A DNA stretch of 64,000 nt from Phoronis australis (Eukaryota; Animalia; Phoronida), in NCBI GenBank assembly GCA_002633005.1, contig NMRA01000618.1:181312-245311 (forward strand). Reading direction: 5' to 3'. A program made the translations under genes and the position numbers. The notes under the pieces are model-generated. The model worked only from the letters and a program-made list of their open reading frames with translations. It did not search any database and was not told the origin of the DNA. This document shows positions 12,661 through 24,563 of the stretch, piece after piece (the stretch's first letter is position 1; the number at the start of each line of letters is the position of its first letter).

Positions 12661-14235
12661 TTAAGACATAACACCTCCTGGCCGGACGCCAGATCGAAGT
12701 CCAAACCGAAATAGCGTTCAGTGACCTCTAAAATGAGGTCGAGATTTGTGTTTTGCACTGATCAGAATTCCATGTAACTTGAGACAAGGCCAGTTTTCGT
12801 TTCAGTTTCAGTTTCACGGGAGGCTTTATCAGCTGACAATTAATCATTGCTACCAGCCGAACATGTGGATGGTAGATAATACCCGGGACGTGACGTCAGT
12901 AACTGATGGCTTTGACAGCGCTCCAACTTAATGCAGAGCTTTCTTACTCGGCAGGAGCAATCTAAATTGTAGTTCCTGTGGCAGACATGTTATTCACGTT
13001 CCTTGTCCTCATGACACCTTTCGTATCGTTCTCAAACAGTTTTCCACCCACACGATTGCGCTGATACAATCCTAGGCATCACCCTTTGATTCTGTTTTCT
13101 ACAGGGCTTGGAATAATCCATCTGATAAAAAGGAAAATGTTCCAGGTGATGTATCGTTCTACAGAAAAGGTATAGAAATATTTTTGTTTAGTAAAATGTA
13201 GCTGCAAGAAACATTTTTTGTATAAATTGAGTCAAAATAATGACAAAGGATAAAAACAAGAAAAAACTGGAAATCTAATAAGATGAAATCGAAACCAAAT
13301 GAAGGAAATCTTCTTAAAAGTGGAAAATTCCAAGCCCTGCTTCTAAAAGCTGGTGGAGTCGAGTAGACATGGCTTAAAATGCATATTGACAAAATATCTG
13401 CTTTATTTCAAAAACAACTGGTTTCAGATCTCAACAAAATCTCAACGGGTTTCGCTCCACGCACTTCGTCAAAGTAGCGACAAAATCTTACAGTGCAAGT
13501 TTGTTTACAAATAAACATTTACCGTCTATATCTAAGCAGCGACGAAGCATTAATATCCGAGTACAGTGAACCGTGCAGCAATTACGGGGAGACGTTTGGC
13601 AGATTTCTGTCGCAGGCAATACAGTTTATTTTGACTCTATTTTACAACTCAACATTACCATGTTTCGAAGACCGCATGTCAGACAGCGATCTAGCCCGCA
13701 CACCACCCTGTTTGTAAAAGTAAACAACAAACTAATCGACACGATATCGATTCTCCGCCCTGGAGGGTCACGCCATTTTACGACTTCTACGTGTACACGT
13801 AATTAAAGTCCTGTCACGCCTGTGCTACCCAAACCGAGAGTTCTGCTCGCACTCTGTCGTGACCAACGACGGAGGATTTTGGTTTATACGAAAAATCATG
13901 CCAGCGAATCCCGATTATTTTGTCCAGTTACTGTGGTCTATACCACGTGCGCAGCCACCCTGCAATATGGGGGACTCGAATACCCGACTACCAAAAAACG
14001 GGACTAAAAAACGCCGGGTACCACGTTCAGAGCCGTGAATTATGTCTTTGTGTGTTGCGTCTTGTTAGTGGACTTTTGTCTCGTTTTGACGGACTTTAGT
14101 TTCTCTGAGGCGGGGGTTTTACTACAAAGAAACGAACTAAACTTCATAGCTACCAGACGTGGAATGTAGACTCCAATTATTTTCCTGAGCAAACAATACG
14201 TACCTATGGAAGACTTTGATTTTCGATAACGGCAG

Positions 14236-14405
14236 CAGGGGTGGACCCAGGATTTTGAGTTAAAGGGGGGAGGCAGGACAGAATATTTGCCAAGACTTTG
14301 CCTGTCAGGCATTCGCACACCCCTAAAATCCAAAGGTAATCTAGTAATCTGGGAGAATTTTAAGGGGGCCAATGCCCCCTAGGCCCCCCGCTAAATCCAC
14401 CACTG
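14236..14405. mobile_element. 170 bp MITE with CAG-type termini and 5 bp TSD (GGCAG)
   Basis: Termini caggggtgga... and ...tccaccactg. ggcag lies at 14231-14235 and again at 14406-14410. Confidence 0.7.
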
Positions 14406-14768
14406 GGCAGGGTGTCAACGAGGTGTGAAAAGGAGCTTAAAATTTTGGGGACGCGAATTTGGTAACGACCTGGCGGTTGGGAAAGGCGCGAGTGGCGAGG
14501 TGGGTACAGATTCAACAGAACAAGCGCCGAACAACTTTTGTCTTCAGCACAACATCAGAGCCAAGACCCACACACCCAACATCCGCCGCACCACGAGTTC
14601 CTCCATTCCCAGAGATGGTCGCTGATTGTGACTTGCGACACTTCCATCCTCGATTTCATTGTTTGTCGTATGTATGCATCTAGAGTGCGATAAGCACTTT
14701 CAGGCGCTATTGATCTATAAATAAATAAGTAACTTTACAACCAACTAACCGACAAATGTACATGTATA

Positions 14769-14797
14769 GCGCGCGCGCGCACACACACACACGCACG

Positions 14798-14837
<40 letters not shown>
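14769..14837. repeat. (GC)n(AC)n compound microsatellite
   Basis: gcgcgcgcgcgcacacacac...gcacgcac...acacaca. Confidence 0.95.
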
Positions 14838-14839
<2 letters not shown>

Positions 14840-15902
14840 TATATCATATCCACGTACAGAAGCATTGAAACAAATTAAATGGTCAAAAATGAACCTCTGC
14901 TTTAAGTACCTTACGGAAACAGCATAAACTGAACAGAGCCTGTTCAAAAATGGCGTTATATGCATGTCTCACATACCACCGCAAATGCTCTGTCCGAGAA
15001 TTCTTGAATTAAAATAATGCTGCAACAGAAAAAGTACACAAAAGGCTTACCGTTAAAAATCTCTCTGAATACAAGCTTTTCGCACACATGGTGTCGTAAA
15101 AACCCCCCATATACGGATACACCTATCATGTTACTGTATGTAGAGCACAATACAAAAATAAAATCTTTCTTAAAATACACGTTTCAAAACTTAATAGTGA
15201 ACAGTCTAACGAGTTCTCAAGAACCCCTAAAATCCTGAATGATTCAATGCATACTAGTCTACAGGGTTGTTTTCGGACGACGCAAATTAAAGTTGTTGCG
15301 AAAAAAACAAGGCTATGCAAAAAAAACACGCAAAAACACGAGAGTGAAAGACGACCATGCTAGCGTATCCTTCCAAAATAACGGGCACTGAAGTGATGTG
15401 TCGGAACTGACGTGCTGGGTTAGAGGCTGGAATGTTGAATTGTGGGATAGAATACAAGTACTGTATACTGTTTTCCATTCCATAAGTGACCAATCCTCGC
15501 CGAAAGTGCTTTGCGAGTGTCTTGCGTCAACGGAACACAACCCAGCCTACTAGCATACATCCGTTAACGGACCCAAAACATGGAACTTGAATTATATGGC
15601 GCAGTAAGAATGGGACATCAGTTGTGCCACATTGGTTCCTCATAACTGATTTGGAACTTTCCTACATGTATACACCTTGTAAAATACCGAACTACAAAAA
15701 CATAGTTAATACTGTTTGAATATCTCAGGTCTCTAGACAGGTTCTTAGAACTGGAAGTAATACTTTCTACAGACATAGGCAAGAGCTGCTAAAAGCTATT
15801 GTACGAGCATTGTGACTAACCCATAACCTCTATTGACCTAGCATGTAATGGCAAAATTGTCATATTCACATAACAAACGATTTCCATTTAGTTAGAATTT
15901 CC

Positions 15903-16211
15903 TTAGGGCAGTAAAGGGAAAAATATAATTAGGAGAAATAGAGCACAGGAAATACGTCCTCGATCAGCTGCACCAATAGGTCGCGGTTGAAGCATACCAC
16001 TAAGCTTGGACAAACTTCCGTTATTCGGTGCTGGCGTGACTCCAGTGATCTCACACAGTATGGGGTAGATGTCGACGATGCTGAACGGTTTAGCGGTGTA
16101 AGCAGGCCTGAAGTCAGGCCCTCTGGCGCGAAACATGGTCTTCATGGAAGGCAGATCATTGTCGTAACCGTGGGTACCCACGTCATACAGTTTATATTTA
16201 GAAATATTTTT
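15903..16211 (-). CDS. ENPP4/5/6-like ectonucleotide pyrophosphatase/phosphodiesterase, last coding exon (5)
   Basis: Acceptor tttttacag| then KNISKYKLYDVGTHGYDN...MKTMFRARGPDF...VDIYPILC...PAPNNGS, a hydrophobic C-terminal tail and TAA. Confidence 0.9.
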   Translation of the reverse strand, partial: KNISKYKLYDVGTHGYDNDLPSMKTMFRARGPDFRPAYTAKPFSIVDIYPILCEITGVTPAPNNGSLSKLSGMLQPRPIGAADRGRISCALFLLIIFFPLLP

Positions 16212-17032
16212 CTGTAAAAATAAAAGCAACCTAATCTAATAAATGGGTATTTTGAGCGACAAAACTTAGTTGAATAGAATTGTTGTGCCTGTCCAGCGTG
16301 CACATTTATGTAGTAAAAAGACTCCCTAACGATACATGTACGTGGAAGCAATAGTGGGCAACAATAAGTTTACTACTGCAAGTTGGGCTTCAGGGATCCG
16401 TTTTCAAAAACATGGGCATGAGTATATTGATCCACACGGCCTCACATCTTTTGATCAATAAGGAAGACCTCAGGGCCATGCTAGTCTTGTCTTTTTTCGC
16501 TTCGAATTTTACTGGGCCAATTGGACGAGTTACGCGATTGCAGTGCGTCCATAAATTGTTGTTGCACCAATGACGAGGGGCGCGCTGCTAAAAGTGGTTA
16601 CGGCTTATCGAACGATGCATGCATTCATAACCACGCGGATTCTTTAAGTTAGCCTATAAACAAGTGCCCCCCACAAATAATTCAGTTGCTCCCTGCTACC
16701 CCTGCAGGCCCGTAGCCAGCATTTCGTGGGGGGGACCTTTGTCATTTTCCAAACGGTGACACAGAGGAGTTTTCAGTAAAGGCTCTTGAAGCAGCTTAAT
16801 TAGGGGGAGGGAAATCTGTATACGCAAGAATGACCCTCAGCTCTTTGTTCCTGAAATGAGATGGAATTCGTAATACCAGAAATGAGGGTTGCTCGCAACG
16901 GGACTCAAATTCGGATGCAATTGTAAACTTTCACATCAGGCGTGCTTCTATTAGTGATTGCACCTCATTCTCGGACGGAAATGTTCAGTAGGAAAATGAC
17001 TTGACGATTTTTTTATCTGGTTGTAGTTTTAC

Positions 17033-18190
17033 GTGTTACAGAAGGTGCCCAACATTCGCAAGGTTCAATATTCAGACGGTTCACTCTTCCTTAGGTTCAC
17101 TAATCCGAAGGTTCACAACTCCGAAGGTTCACTACTCCAAAATATCAAACATTTCGCACTCGGTTGTAATTTTTGTACTTTTACGTGCAAAAATAAACGA
17201 TACTTCAATTATTGAGTGGTTTACCTGTACGCTCGGATCATGACGGCGACATCCCGTTGCTCCCAACTTGTTCGATTGTATAGCCCAACAACAAGTTCGG
17301 AAGTTTTCCCCCCGTAGCCAATTAACTCCATTCTGACGTTGATGGTTGGAGGGCCTGCGCTCTTTTGTTTGATAATTGCTCTAATCTCCGATCAGATCGT
17401 ATCTAGCCTGACTGGGATGGGCTCATAAAAATGAAAGCTAAGCCAGATATCATCGCACGTTCAGCACCCCTCACGTCTGGAAAAGTTACTGAACGACAGA
17501 AAGCTGTAATGTTCCATGCGCATGCGAAATTTGCCTACATGTCTTACGAATATGGAAAAATGAGTACGTACTGTACTTACGTTTTTAAAAGAATATGAGG
17601 TCGGGATATTGGAGAATTATGGACCACTATACATTTATCAAGTTCATGTCGAGATCGCATCATTTCACAGCGCCACCAAAAAATTCAGGCCGCTGCACCT
17701 CAACCTCACCCACCGGAACCACGCGCACGACCAGGTCAAAACTAAGTGTACATGTATAGTAGACTACTCTGTCCCTGCCAGTCTCCACGAAAGCAGAGAG
17801 TCTCATTCTAGTCTTCTTAAGTTTAGAATCGCCGTTGGCCGTTACAGCCTTGATCCGTGTCCCAGATGTTGTCCCTGCTTGAGAATGAGTTATAAGATTC
17901 AAGAATATCACAATTTGCAGTGATTGAAGACATTGTAATCAATGTTCTATAAAATCTTCAACTCTTTCCTGCCTTTCAATGGTTACTAAATGGACACAAA
18001 CACAATATTTCATTCATGTCTGTTTCGTTTCATTAGCGGGCAGTCCAAGAAATGAACTGTCAGAATTCTGGACTCGGAATTGTGGACATTAGAAGTAGTG
18101 AACTTTAGAAGGTAGCGAAACTTCGGAGTAGTGAACCGTCAGAGAGCAGACTTTCGGAGTAGTCAACCTTCGGAATAGTGACATGTAACC
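17033..18190. mobile_element. Foldback/MITE-like element with inverted arrays of a ~16 bp unit (aggttcactactccga), in ENPP intron 4
   Basis: Array at 17040-17140 and its reverse complement at 18089-18190. The same unit occurs at 42391-42456. Confidence 0.6.
17239..17511. repeat. ~275 bp dispersed repeat, copy 2 (nested in the intronic foldback element)
   Basis: Matches 5432-5710. Confidence 0.9.
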
Positions 18191-18994
18191 TTGCAAATCG
18201 TTTCCTAGTAGTTTGTTGCTCGTATGAAGTCTGCGAGGCTGTGCACAATTGACACTGATTGACAAGAGAACACTTTCTTCATTGACCAATATTTTTGTTA
18301 GGTCTAGATCTGTTTTTCCCTAACAATTGGGGTTTTCTCATACAACTGTATCAAGAAAACACGGCATTTCAACGTCTAGTTTTTGAGCGACCACGGAGAC
18401 TTCCTGTAGTGAACATTCTGCCGGCGTCTACTGAATTTAAAAAGAATGGAAACGCACGCATGTGTACACACGTGCACGTTGATCCACCAATGGACACTGG
18501 ATGAACATCATATCTGACGATCACTTTCTATTCGAAATTTGAAAATCCTTACACTTTACCGTACTATGCTAGCACTGGGTACACACTGGGTATATAAATG
18601 CTTACAACAACATTTCGTCGTATTTTTATACCCACTCATGCCAAAGTGGAACATTTTAAGAAAAGTTCTTAATAGCTTTTAGTAAAAAGGCCTGAAGCAT
18701 AATATAAAAATTGCATATGTAGATGATCTACCACTTGACACATGATGCTCGAGTCTAGCCAACTTGAGACCCACATCACCTTAAAAAGAGGCACCTTTCC
18801 GGTCCACTACAGCCACCACATCGAGTCAATTACAACTGAACTAAACGTAATGATCATGGACCAAAACCAAGCTCATAACCAAAAAACGCAAATTCATTCA
18901 TTAAGGTTTAAGAAAAATGGGAGAAACAATGAATACAGTCATATTAAAGAAAAAGAAGCTCCCTTTATGGATTCACAGCTTGATGACGCCTTAC

Positions 18995-19249
18995 CAGTCT
19001 CACGTTGTAACCTTCATTTGCAATCACTATGATTGGTCGAACTCGGTCACTGTTTGCGAACCGTTTCTCCTTCGGGAAGTCTTCCTTCTTCCAAACCGTC
19101 ATGTTTGGATGCGCATTACGCAGAACGTTGTACAGGTTGTCAAGGCTGTTCTCAGCTGGTTCAATCTGACATGTTGTACCCCAATCTGCTGTGAATTTGA
19201 CATCACTCTCCCGGAAGTTAGGCAATTCTACCAGGTTAATAATATTTTC
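18995..19249 (-). CDS. ENPP-like gene, coding exon 4
   Basis: ttccag|ENIINLVELP...AHPNMTVWKKEDFPKEKRFANSDRVRPIIVIANEGYNVRL|gtaagg; 255 nt, phase 0/0. Confidence 0.88.
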
Positions 19250-19567
19250 CTGGAATATATAAGATGGATTAATTGCCTATCCAAAATAGGAAGGCACTGG
19301 CTCCGTTTCAATCGTTTTTCAGAAAACGGAGGCTTCCGTACGGATTTCAAGTGCAACTATACATTAGTCCGATGGTGTTTACGTGTATTTGCGACATGGT
19401 GAAAAATATGAACGTGCACATAGAGCTACCTTGATCAACGATTTGCAATACCGAGCACCGATTGTTCGTGTACATGTACATGTATACCCTAAACACAGTC
19501 GCCATGAATACACGACCCATAAATTAGATAACGTACATGGCTTAGAGGGACTGGCTCACAGACTCAC

Positions 19568-19795
19568 TTGCTTCATATACGTCATTCCGTGATCGCTGAC
19601 GACAACAAGGTTGACAGTATCCCATAAATCTTTCTTTTTCAACTGCTGCAGGAGGTAACCAAGATACCCGTCAACCTCCTCCAAAACTTTCACGACTTCC
19701 GGGCTATCAGGACCATGGAGGTGACCCGTGAGGTCTGGCTCGTGGTAATACACAGTGGCGAAGTCAACGTCGTCCTCCGTGAACCACTTCAGTAC
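19568..19795 (-). CDS. ENPP-like gene, coding exon 3
   Basis: tttcag|VLKWF...YYHEPDLTGHLHGPDS...VVVSDHGMTYMKQ|gtgagt, carrying the metal-ligand motifs EPD..GH and SDHG; 228 nt. Confidence 0.92.
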
Positions 19796-19886
19796 CTGAA
19801 AACCAATAGCATACATGCGTCTTTATGGGGGCGTAAACAGCATTGATTGTTGGAAATGCTTTTAAGAATAAAACGCATCAACTTAC

Positions 19887-20152
19887 TTGGTCCACTCTGT
19901 CCTTGAAGGGCACGGTCTTGTCGTATTCTTTAACAAATCTCGCATCCACACTCGAATCAGAGAGAGCTGTCTCGCTCCCAGGCCAGAAGTATGTTCCTGC
20001 TTTTTTCTTTTGTCGTCGAACGGTTCGCCATATGGGCTCACCTAACCACCAGCGGGGATCTCGCACTTGACTGCTGTTGGTTCTATCAAACTGACCCAGT
20101 ACTGGGTCGTAGAAATGGTTCCCTTGTATACCGTGATTCTCTTGATATAGGC
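19887..20152 (-). CDS. ENPP-like gene, coding exon 2
   Basis: tttcag|(G)LYQENHGIQGNHFYDP...WWLGEPIW...YFWPGS...RVDQ|gtaagt; 266 nt. Confidence 0.92.
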
Positions 20153-21659
20153 CTGAAACGTAAATTAAGATTTGTTTGGCCTTAATCATAACGCTTAATC
20201 GTCGTGAGAGACCGTCCCGAGTTGGTATGTGGTGCAACTCGGGACGGTCTGGGGTCTACAGAAAACCATAGTTCAACTGTGAGTCTACACCAATGTGATA
20301 AACGAGAGTAGTTCTACTTGCTGCGTCAGCTGCTGGTATGCTTATCTCTTTTATGACACACAATGTGCGACTGGGCAAAGCGTTTTCAAAATAATGTGGA
20401 TAAATCAGTGGAGTGTGAAACCCCTGAGGTCCCTGTCAAGTCCTCACGGCAATTTTACGTTATGTAGGGGTTCAACAGACAAAACTATTCAGCGGCAATA
20501 CGCAGAGATCAGATACCACAGATACTCCGTTACCTTTTCATGAGTGCCGGAATCGGTCACCATAACCTACGTCAAAAGGCAATTGGAGGCTTCTAGATTA
20601 TTGCACTAAATTGCAACCACAGGACTCACTTTTTTCGTGAGGCTCAGACACCCCTGCAGAAGGAAGCATCAGTTCCTACTTTACCCATTGCCTACTCGGT
20701 CAGCCATTCGCCCAAATAATACATGCATGCATTAGTCGAGGTGCAATACTACCCTCTCACCCTACAGACTATAAAGAGAAAATACATTCTTGAAAAGCAC
20801 AACGAAGTTCAGTAGAACGTAGTGTATTCGTGATGACTAAAGGTGTTAATTGGCAACTTCCAATGTTTTTAATTCATTTCAATGGATATCTGTTTTAAAT
20901 CTTTAAATTTGATAACCATCTCCGATAAAGATTGAGATAAATTTACCAGGACCCTCCAAATATGGCAAACTTCGGAACATCATGTCTCAAAAAATGGCAT
21001 CCATATGAAACTTTCAGTTACCATGTATTACGCACATTTCTCGAGAAAGCTTTTAGAAATTATTTTTAATATTTTCCACTTGAGCATGAAGAGCTATCCA
21101 ATATAGGATCTTTATGATTTTCATGAAAACACGATTCATACCACGCGCATTCGAATCAACGCAAGAACAACCAAGTGATAAAGTGTTCGTGCGTATGATT
21201 CCATGTTCGTGTGTATCATTTCATGTTCGTATGCGTGCTTTTTGTGGCTCGAGCGCATGGTTTGTGTTCGTATGCTTGGTTTGCGGGTTCATACATGTAG
21301 GTCCGCAGATGGTTCGTGCGTAAGATGTAATGCTTGTGCACACGATTCTATGGTACTCCTGAGAGGTGATCCACTCTCAGACTTTCAATTTCATATTCGG
21401 TGCCTCTAATCCACCTAAATATATACAAACATTTGGGAAATAACCTTTCGAAATATGTGCGCTCGGTGCACGCTTATTGTAGAAATTCTGCAATTCCGTG
21501 AGCATCCTACGTCAATTCTAACATTTCAGTGCAAACTCGGCATCAACTTAAAGACAATGAAATACCGCATATATCAACGATAAACCCTGTACAAGGCAGC
21601 TACTTAAAACTCTCCTACGCCCTACCTATGGGAGACAAGTAAATTCATAAGCGTCTCAC

Positions 21660-21891
21660 CTGTTGCTATGGAGTAGTGGGCGGGGAAGCTCTTGGTACTA
21701 AACGTGCTAGTTATGTTGTCTGCTGTGACACCAGTCTTGGCAACCTCAGCGAAGTTATGTAAGCTGGTCTTCTTGAAATAGTCCGCGCGAAAGCCGTCGA
21801 ACGACACCAAAAGTGTCTTTTTCTTCGCTTGGCGCGAACAACCAGAACAGAACGCAAAGAGAATAACGACGAGTGCAAGTCGAAGAATCAT
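21660..21891 (-). CDS. ENPP-like gene, coding exon 1 (signal peptide, DGFR motif, nucleophile motif)
   Basis: MILRLALVVILFAFCSG...LLVSFDGFRADY...STKSFPAHYSIATG|gtgaga. The five exons total 1290 nt, giving 429 aa plus stop. Confidence 0.92.
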
Positions 21892-22348
21892 TTCTGGAGA
21901 GCAAACTCTGAAAACGAAGTATTCTCAAAATCACTTGTCTATATGAATACATAATTGCAGTTACATGTACTGTACACCTAGTTCAAGCACGACGACGTAA
22001 TAGGTGCCACTGGACGAAAGCCTGCAATTTCATCTGAGTTTTGCTTCTTTGAACACAGATAGGGACAATTTGAGGAGGGATTGTGAGGTTGTTCCTGCAT
22101 GCAAAAGCTTTGACAACATGAAATTAAAGCGCCGTGTAGCGTTTACAAGCGATATGCATGGTTATCTTACATGGTGCAGTAATGTATGATACACGGAACA
22201 GAGGAGACAAAGCCAAATCAATAATCTTTACTCTCTCGCAACATTTATGAGCCGGTACCGAAGCTTTTGAAACAATAACCAAACGTTGTCAAGCTACAAA
22301 ACACGGAACTGATCTGGACCAGCAAAATAAAAGGCATCTTTTACTTAC

Positions 22349-22540
22349 AGATATTCCACTCATTTAATAATTCATGACGATTTGTTATTAACTGTCTGAC
22401 CTTTATTCAACATCAGCTGTTGCGCACTGAGGGTTGGGGAGAATTTCATTGGCACGATGATGTCATATGTACCACTTTAAGCTGATTGGTTGAGCATTTC
22501 GCTGGGGCGCCCGGAGGGGTTATGGGCGGTGTATTTTACG
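22349..22540 (-). promoter_or_regulatory. Probable promoter and non-coding first exon of the ENPP gene
   Basis: An acceptor-like ctccag sits just before the ATG and a donor gtaagt starts at 22348. CCAAT boxes (attgg on +, ~22448 and ~22485) and a GC box gggcgg (~22524) lie upstream. Confidence 0.4.
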
Positions 22541-22862
22541 TCGCAATTAATTACTTTCCATGGTATGCAAGAAACAATGACGAATTTAAAACAAAAACAA
22601 CATTTTATTAAAAACTACTTGTGTTTCTGATGTCAAAAGTGTGTTTTGTTTGGTGGCTGGAGGCTACTTTTAATAGTAGAGACACTGGTGTTGATTTCAG
22701 GGAATGTATTGCAGATAATAGGTGAGAACTTTAATGTGTTAAACATTTCAAAAACACATTTGATTGTGTTGTTTTACAGCCTTAGTCTAGGCTAATATGT
22801 CCAATAGGTCTATACCTCCCAACCATATTCCAGAAATGCGCCCTGCGGCCATAAAGCCAACA

Positions 22863-23855
22863 TGTCTCTTTAGTCTCCGTACGAAGTCAGTGTTTGCGAG
22901 CATTTTCCCATGTACTGTACGTACCCGTTTAGACAAGTCATGAACTTTTGGTCCGGCGCAACTGTCACGGAGCAAATTGACCCGTGTCAAGCAAACGTTT
23001 ACACACACAACTCACCAACTGTGGCAAGACGGAAATTTGCAGGCTGGAGAGACTGGATAGCCCATGCGCCGATTTACAAATGACGAGAGTTTCAAAGACA
23101 AAGAAACCGTATGTAGGTCATTAGGCAAGCGCAGTAGAGATGATTCGTTCCGCTTTTCTCTAGTTTCGCGTTGTTCAGGCGCAAATTCCTCTACCTCACA
23201 AACGGGTGGCAAAAATTTGTCACCGCAGTGTCAATTTTCTCCGCGTCAGTTCGTGTACGCACTGGAACAACTCGTTCTGTGTCATCTGATCCGTGTCAAC
23301 TTTGTAAGTGTAAACGGCACTTTTAACAGGTGTTCATTAGTACGCCTATTTGGATTCATCCAAATGCCTTTTGGGGACATTACACCTCCAAAAGTGCCGT
23401 TTACACTTACAAAGGTAACAGGGATCAGCTGACACGGAAGAAGTTGTTCCAGTGTGTAAACGGACCAACACGGAGGAAATTTACACCGAGGTGACAAATT
23501 TTTGCCACCGTTTGTGAGGTAGAGCAATTTGCGCCCGAACATATCTTGCGCTGTGTCAATTACAAGTCTAAACGCGAAACTGGAGCAAGGCGTAAAGGAT
23601 CATCTCTACTACGCTTGTGCAATGACCTTCATACGGGTTCCTTGTTTCTGCAACTCTCGTCATTTGTAAACCTGCGCATGTGCGATTCGGTCTCTCCAGC
23701 CTGCAATTTCCGTCTACCGTGAGTTGTAGGTGTAAACGGCCGCTTGACACGGGTCAGTTTGCTCCGTGTCAGTTGCGCCGGGCCAAAAGTTGATGTCTAA
23801 ACGGGTACGTGTGGAAAAATCGATCGCAAACACTGACTTCGCACGGAGAGAGACA
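22863..23855. repeat. ~1 kb near-perfect palindrome (foldback element)
   Basis: Arms pair along their length (tacccgtttagaca / tgtctaaacgggta; ctacctcacaaacgggtggcaaaaatttgtcacc / ggtgacaaatttttgccaccgtttgtgaggtag). Centre is atttggat-tc-atccaaat at ~23348-23365. Confidence 0.9.
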
Positions 23856-24340
23856 AAAAAGATTATGATAGTGAATGCAATATTAGAACATGTTATTTTC
23901 AAAAGAGTAGAGAGACATTATTTAGGTTGCAGGAGTCTTATGAAAAGAGCCTTGAATATTTTCACCTCGAAATTTTGTTACAGCGTGTTCCATTTCATTT
24001 GTATGTGCACTTTAGTTTTCATACACTTAAACATTGCTGGTGAATGAAGAAATAAAAACAAAATATGTCAAAATAGCAGAAAATACAAACTCTTAAAAAT
24101 GACACTGCCGCCTAGAGGTCGAATATAAAACGACTTTTAAATTACAAAATCATGAAGTTACATATAGAACGTTCTGACTCTCATACTAAAAAGGCATGAT
24201 AAGGTAGGAATTGGGATGCAAATAGAAAGGGAAGTAGTAAGTAAAGTAACAAAAAAAAAACTATTAATATAATATATGTAATGTATGGCTTAATTTAACT
24301 CAGGATTTGACACGGAAACGGCGCTTAGTCAATTAGCGAC

Positions 24341-24515
24341 TGTTGTGTTTATGTTTATGTTAGAATCAGGCATGTGACCACAGCTGATGGGATGAGTGCA
24401 GTGTGTGGGTTGATGANTTGTTGTTTACAGATCGAATAAATATACTATCACTTATATGATTTAAAGAGGAATCCTAGTTCTCATTGGTTTCGGTCTTGAG
24501 CCTGTCAGCGGTACA
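24341..24515 (+). repeat. 5' LTR of the BEL element (collapsed at the single N, 24417)
   Basis: 24341-24416 matches the start and 24418-24515 matches the end of the 3' LTR. Confidence 0.85.
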
Positions 24516-24563
24516 CAGCATTCGATTTCTCGCGATAACGATCGTTACGGACGTGCCCTGACT

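Noticed and set aside
17040-17140. CRISPR-like short repeat array (also 44030-44520 and 21180-21330)
   Set aside because: Units are contiguous and degenerate with no unique spacers, the context is eukaryotic, and there are no cas genes. These are transposon subterminal repeats.
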